Source: a candidate division WOR-3 bacterium
Lineage (GTDB): Bacteria > Hydrothermota > Tepidihabitantia > Tepidihabitantales > Tepidihabitantaceae
NCBI GenBank assembly: GCA_965648935.1
Contig: CBFGIY010000023.1
Location: 1 to 31,093 of the forward strand
DNA: 31,093 nt
Direction: 5' to 3'
The position numbers and the translations under genes are program-made. How positions within the stretch are numbered: position 1 is the first letter of the stretch; each line of letters opens with the position of its first letter. This document shows, piece after piece, positions 27,893-31,093 of this stretch. The notes under the pieces are model-generated. The model was not told where the DNA came from. It searched no databases and saw only the letters and a program-made list of their open reading frames with translations.

Positions 27893-28143
27893 GCACCCAA
27901 TCCGACCCGCTTGTCTGCTACTGCGGCAAGGTCACGCGCGGCCGGATTGTTGCCGCCATCCGCTCCGGCGCAACGACCTTGAAGCAGATTCAGGAGACGA
28001 CCGGCGCTGGAGTCGGTGACCGCTGCAAGGAGCTGAACCCGAAGGGTACCTGCTGCATCCCGGACATCCTTGTCATTCTCAAGGAGGAAACCGGCATGAA
28101 GGAACCAGACGGCTGCACATGCCCACACTGCAGCCCAAAGTGA
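27889..28143 (+). CDS. BFD-like [2Fe-2S]-binding protein
   Basis: VCYC.KVT...I..AI..GA.T, C...NP.G.CC, extra C-terminal CTCPHC. ATGA overlap. Confidence 0.8.
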   Translation: MSTQSDPLVCYCGKVTRGRIVAAIRSGATTLKQIQETTGAGVGDRCKELNPKGTCCIPDILVILKEETGMKEPDGCTCPHCSPK

Positions 28144-28409
28144 CGCCGGCAGACGCACCGTCCGTCGTCCCCAGAGGTCGGGCCGCGCGTGTGCTTGCGA
28201 ACCTGCTCCGGTTCGCCGGCCTCTGGGCCGGAATCTCCGGCGTCTACGCGGCGGTGGGCGGCGGGGCATGTCCGTGCTGCGGCAATCCCGGCTGCCCAGT
28301 CGGCATCGGTCTAGCCGGCATTGTCGGCGCCATCGGCTCGCTCATCATCAACTACGGCCGGCGCTGGCTGGACGTCATCCGCGACTATAGAAGGAGACAT
28401 AATCCATGA
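28140..28409 (+). CDS. Small two-TM protein with a CPCCGNPGCPVG loop, unknown function
   Basis: The GTG start overlaps the upstream TGA and the stop overlaps the next ATG. Hydrophobic segments flank the Cys cluster. Confidence 0.7.
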   Translation: MTPADAPSVVPRGRAARVLANLLRFAGLWAGISGVYAAVGGGACPCCGNPGCPVGIGLAGIVGAIGSLIINYGRRWLDVIRDYRRRHNP

Positions 28410-29019
28410 GCGACATGCGACAGCTATCCGACCGCCTGCGGGCAGCTATCGGCCTTGAGCACGACCCGGTCGGCGTCTTCCTGCTCAAGCCAGATGCCGA
28501 CCTCAAGCCGCTCGAGGGCTTTGAGCGGGTCAAACGCCACCGTTACTGTCAGTTGCTGATGAAGGCGCGCTCCGGCAAGCCGGTGTTGCTTGAGGATGCC
28601 GAGCTTGCCTGCCCTGCGGCCGCGGCCGCTTTCGGCCTGCGCGAACACCCCCAAGGCCTGGCCCCCCGCCAACGCCCGACGTGGTTGTCGTCGAGGACCT
28701 GCCCGAGCGGCTGATGTGGCTTCTCCTCGCCGACCTCAACGTCGCGGGCGGCAAGCGTCGCACGGCCAGCACCGCGGTCTTGCAGGCAACGTGCGTTGAC
28801 TCGACAATTATCCCCTTTCTGGAGAAGCGGCTCAACTTCACCTTCGGCTGCTACGGTTGCCGCGAAGCCACCGACATCGGCCCGAACGAAGCGGTGCTCG
28901 GCTTTCCCGGTGACAGGCTGCAGGCGATTGTCGAGGCGCTCTCCTTCCTGGCCGAAAAGGCAATGCCCCGGTCCCGGGCCAAGACCGCCTGCTCCAGCCT
29001 CACGTCGGCTCGGGCCTGA
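28406..29019 (+). pseudogene. DUF169-family gene, frameshifted and apparently internally deleted
   Basis: N-half (PVGV, RYCQ, ACPAAAAAFG) is in one frame and C-half (PDVVVVE..PE.LMW, QATCVD, GCYGCR.ATD, LGFP) in another. The junction lies near a C6 run at 28662-28667. Confidence 0.7.
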
Positions 29020-29481
29020 CCTCGGCCTCCCACGAAGCCAATCCCCAACTCCTCCGCGGTCGTGGCCGTAGACAGTCGCGGCCGGCCAGATTGACGCCCG
29101 ACCGGGTGTCTTCGACGTCTGCGGCGAGGCCGCCCGAGTTGCCCCGAATTCGCAACTCGACCAGACTCGGTGGCATGGAACGAGCGCTCCCCTATCCGCC
29201 TATCCTCACCTTTGCGTTTCCTGCTTTCTGCGGCGGCTGCGCCACGCCGGTTCCGACCGACGCCGCGAACGGCGAGCCAGCACCCGGCCCATCGATGAGC
29301 TGATGGTTCCAGCGACTAACGCGTGTCGCCAGCCGCTGAACTAGCCGCGGAGACTCCTCCTCGCGTCCAGGCCTACGCTCCGATCTCCCAAAGAGCGTGA
29401 GCTCACCGCAGTCAGCCTGCCGCTCTGGCCGCCTGTGGCGTCCGATACTGGGCCGTCGTTGAAAGGAAGAGCGTCAGAAGG

Positions 29482-29537
29482 TTGACTGGCTGACCGACGT
29501 CGTGCATTATCTGCATACATGAACAGATATGCAGATA
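29482..29537 (+). promoter_or_regulatory. Promoter and operator of the second arsR unit
   Basis: TTGACT-N17-CATTAT with TG extension. Perfect inverted repeat TATCTGCATA-N10-TATGCAGATA (29508-29537) straddles the ATG. Confidence 0.75.
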
Positions 29538-29896
29538 TCAAGCAGAAGCTGAATCTGGCGGCGGAGGCTGCGTCGCTCAAGGTCTTATCCGACCCGACGC
29601 GCCTGCGGCTGGCGGTGCTGCTCTCGCCGAACGGTGAGACCTGCGTCTGCACGCTGGCCCGAATACTGGCGGAGCCGGAGTACAAGATCTCCCACCACCT
29701 TGCGCTTATGAGGTCCGCCGGTCTGGTGACAGCGCGACGCGACGGGACGTGGATGTACTACAAGCTCTCGCGGCCGCGAAACCACGTCGAGGAGTATCTG
29801 TGGCGCTGTTTCCGCGACTACCTGATGGATGACGGGTCGATAGCGACACTGAAGAAGTTGCGGGCACTGAGCCGTACAGAAGAGGGAAGAAAATGA
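29519..29896 (+). CDS. ArsR/SmtB family repressor (second)
   Basis: LKVLSDPTRLRL, GETCVCTL, ISHHLALMRSAGLV..RRDGTWMYY. Confidence 0.88.
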   Translation: MNRYADIKQKLNLAAEAASLKVLSDPTRLRLAVLLSPNGETCVCTLARILAEPEYKISHHLALMRSAGLVTARRDGTWMYYKLSRPRNHVEEYLWRCFRDYLMDDGSIATLKKLRALSRTEEGRK

Positions 29897-30777
29897 ACTC
29901 GCTACTGGTCTCGCTTCGCTTCTTCGGCCTCATCCTGGTCGAACTGACCGTCCTGTTCCTGGGCATCAGCACCCTGGTCGGCCTGGTATTCGAGTACGTT
30001 TCCAACGAGAAGCTCGGCCGGTGGCTTTCTCGTCGGGGGGTGGTGGGCAACTTCCTCGGCGCGGCGCTCGGGGCCGTCACACCGTTCTGCTCCTGTTCCA
30101 CGATTCCTTTGACGGTCGGCCTGCTGCGGGCCGGCGTGCCGTTCGGCGCGGTAATGTCCTTTGTTCTGGCGTCGCCGCTGCTGAACCCGGTCATCCTGAC
30201 AATGTTGCTGGCGCTGGTCGGCTGGAAGGCCTGCGTAGTCTACGGGGTAACGACGTTCGTCGTGGCGATGGCAAGCGGGGCCGGTCTGCAGATGCTCGGC
30301 CTGTCAAAGGACGTGAAGCACGTCCGCATCAGCGGCGGCGCCCTGGAACGTGAGAAACTGCCAACGTTCGGCGCGAAGCTCCGTCGCGCCTTCATCGGCG
30401 CGTGGGGCGACTTCCGCGGCGTGCTGGCATACCTGCTCATCGGCGTGGCCATCGGCGCGGTCATCTACGGCTATCTGCCCAGTGACTTCATCACCCGCAT
30501 CGCCGGCCCGCAGAATCCGCTGGCAATACCCGTGGCGGCGATCATCGGCGTCCCGCTCTACGTCAGGGCCGAAACAGCCATCCCGGTTGCCGTGGCGTTG
30601 ACCCAGAAAGGCATGAGCCTTGGAGCGGTCATCGCCCTGATAATCGGCGGCGCGGGTATGAGTATTCCCGAGATGAGCATGCTGGCCGGCATATTCAGGT
30701 CCCGCCTGGTGGCGGTCTTCGTCGGCGTCGTGTTCCTGACCGCCGTGCTGGCCGGATACGCGTTCTACCTGTTCTAG
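29893..30777 (+). CDS. ArsP/DUF318 family permease (short form)
   Basis: GA.LGAVTPFCSCSTIP, SF.LASPLLNP, GVPLY, IGGAGMSIPE. Confidence 0.88.
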   Translation: MNSLLVSLRFFGLILVELTVLFLGISTLVGLVFEYVSNEKLGRWLSRRGVVGNFLGAALGAVTPFCSCSTIPLTVGLLRAGVPFGAVMSFVLASPLLNPVILTMLLALVGWKACVVYGVTTFVVAMASGAGLQMLGLSKDVKHVRISGGALEREKLPTFGAKLRRAFIGAWGDFRGVLAYLLIGVAIGAVIYGYLPSDFITRIAGPQNPLAIPVAAIIGVPLYVRAETAIPVAVALTQKGMSLGAVIALIIGGAGMSIPEMSMLAGIFRSRLVAVFVGVVFLTAVLAGYAFYLF

Positions 30778-30792
30778 ATAAGGAGACCAGAA

Positions 30793-31093
30793 ATGAACGA
30801 AAAGAAGAAGGGCCTGCTGCAAGGTGTCTTCGGCGGCAAGAAGTCGGGTTGCTGCAACCTGAAGATCGAAGAGGTAAGCGAGGAACACGAGGAGAAGGCA
30901 GCGACTGAAGCGAGTACGTCATGCTGCGGCGCTCAGGCAGAGAATCCGGGTAAGGGAGATGCCATGGACATCAAGATACTCGGCGTCGGCTGCCCTCGAT
31001 GCATCGAACTTGAGAAGCACGTCATCGACGCCCTGGCGGAACTGGGCATCGCCGCCGGCGTCGAACACGTGACCGAACTGAAGAAGTTCGCCG
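30793..31093 (+). CDS. MTH895-like small thioredoxin with Cys-Cys-rich N-terminal extension (runs off right edge)
   Basis: Manual translation after RBS AAGGAG: MNEKKKGLLQGVFGGKKSGCCNLKIEEVSEEHEEKAATEASTSCCGAQAENPGKGDAMDIKILGVGCPRCIELEKHV... Confidence 0.8.
   Translation, partial: MNEKKKGLLQGVFGGKKSGCCNLKIEEVSEEHEEKAATEASTSCCGAQAENPGKGDAMDIKILGVGCPRCIELEKHVIDALAELGIAAGVEHVTELKKFA

Noticed and set aside
29135..29159. CIRCE element
   Set aside because: The N9 spacing matches but the arms are not TTAGCACTC/GAGTGCTAA.
23607..31093. Selenoproteins in the ars/redox cluster
   Set aside because: All catalytic motifs I checked use Cys codons, and the TGA codons occur only at expected gene ends.

Overview
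High-GC bacterial window from a diderm (lolE/lolD, mltG, lipoproteins). The style of the large secreted protein suggests a WOR-3/FCB-like lineage, which is an unverified inference. From left to right: (1) the 5' 670 codons of a secreted beta-helix + Ig-like (CARDB-type) protein running off the left edge. (2) An ~11 kb tightly coupled minus-strand operon, lysS-lolE-lolD-mcsA-mcsB-selA-[PTS EIIA::ArsB/NhaD-type transporter]-USP-[second EIIA::transporter]-NYN(YacP/Rae1-like) RNase, with no ctsR or clpC next to mcsAB. (3) Divergent ruvX-mltG, then a ~300 nt convergent gap holding a rod-like RNA candidate, then a ubiB/ABC1 kinase. (4) A four-gene MacB/Lol-like ABC system with a LolA-like protein. 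(5) A macrodomain plus M20D amidohydrolase pair and a zinc-ribbon membrane protein. (6) A cysteine-rich arsenic/thiol-redox cluster: arsR-arsM-ccdA-lipoprotein thioredoxin-ArsP-like permease-small thioredoxin-DGC-BFD-like-small CPCC membrane protein-broken DUF169, followed by a second arsR-ArsP-thioredoxin unit. The most promising leads are the duplicated EIIA-fused transporter/USP module, the mcsAB-selA linkage, the ArsM/ArsP cluster with an extracytoplasmic redox relay, the intergenic RNA candidate, and two mini-ORFs that exactly bridge operon gaps. All family calls come from motif recognition by eye, and no database searches were run.
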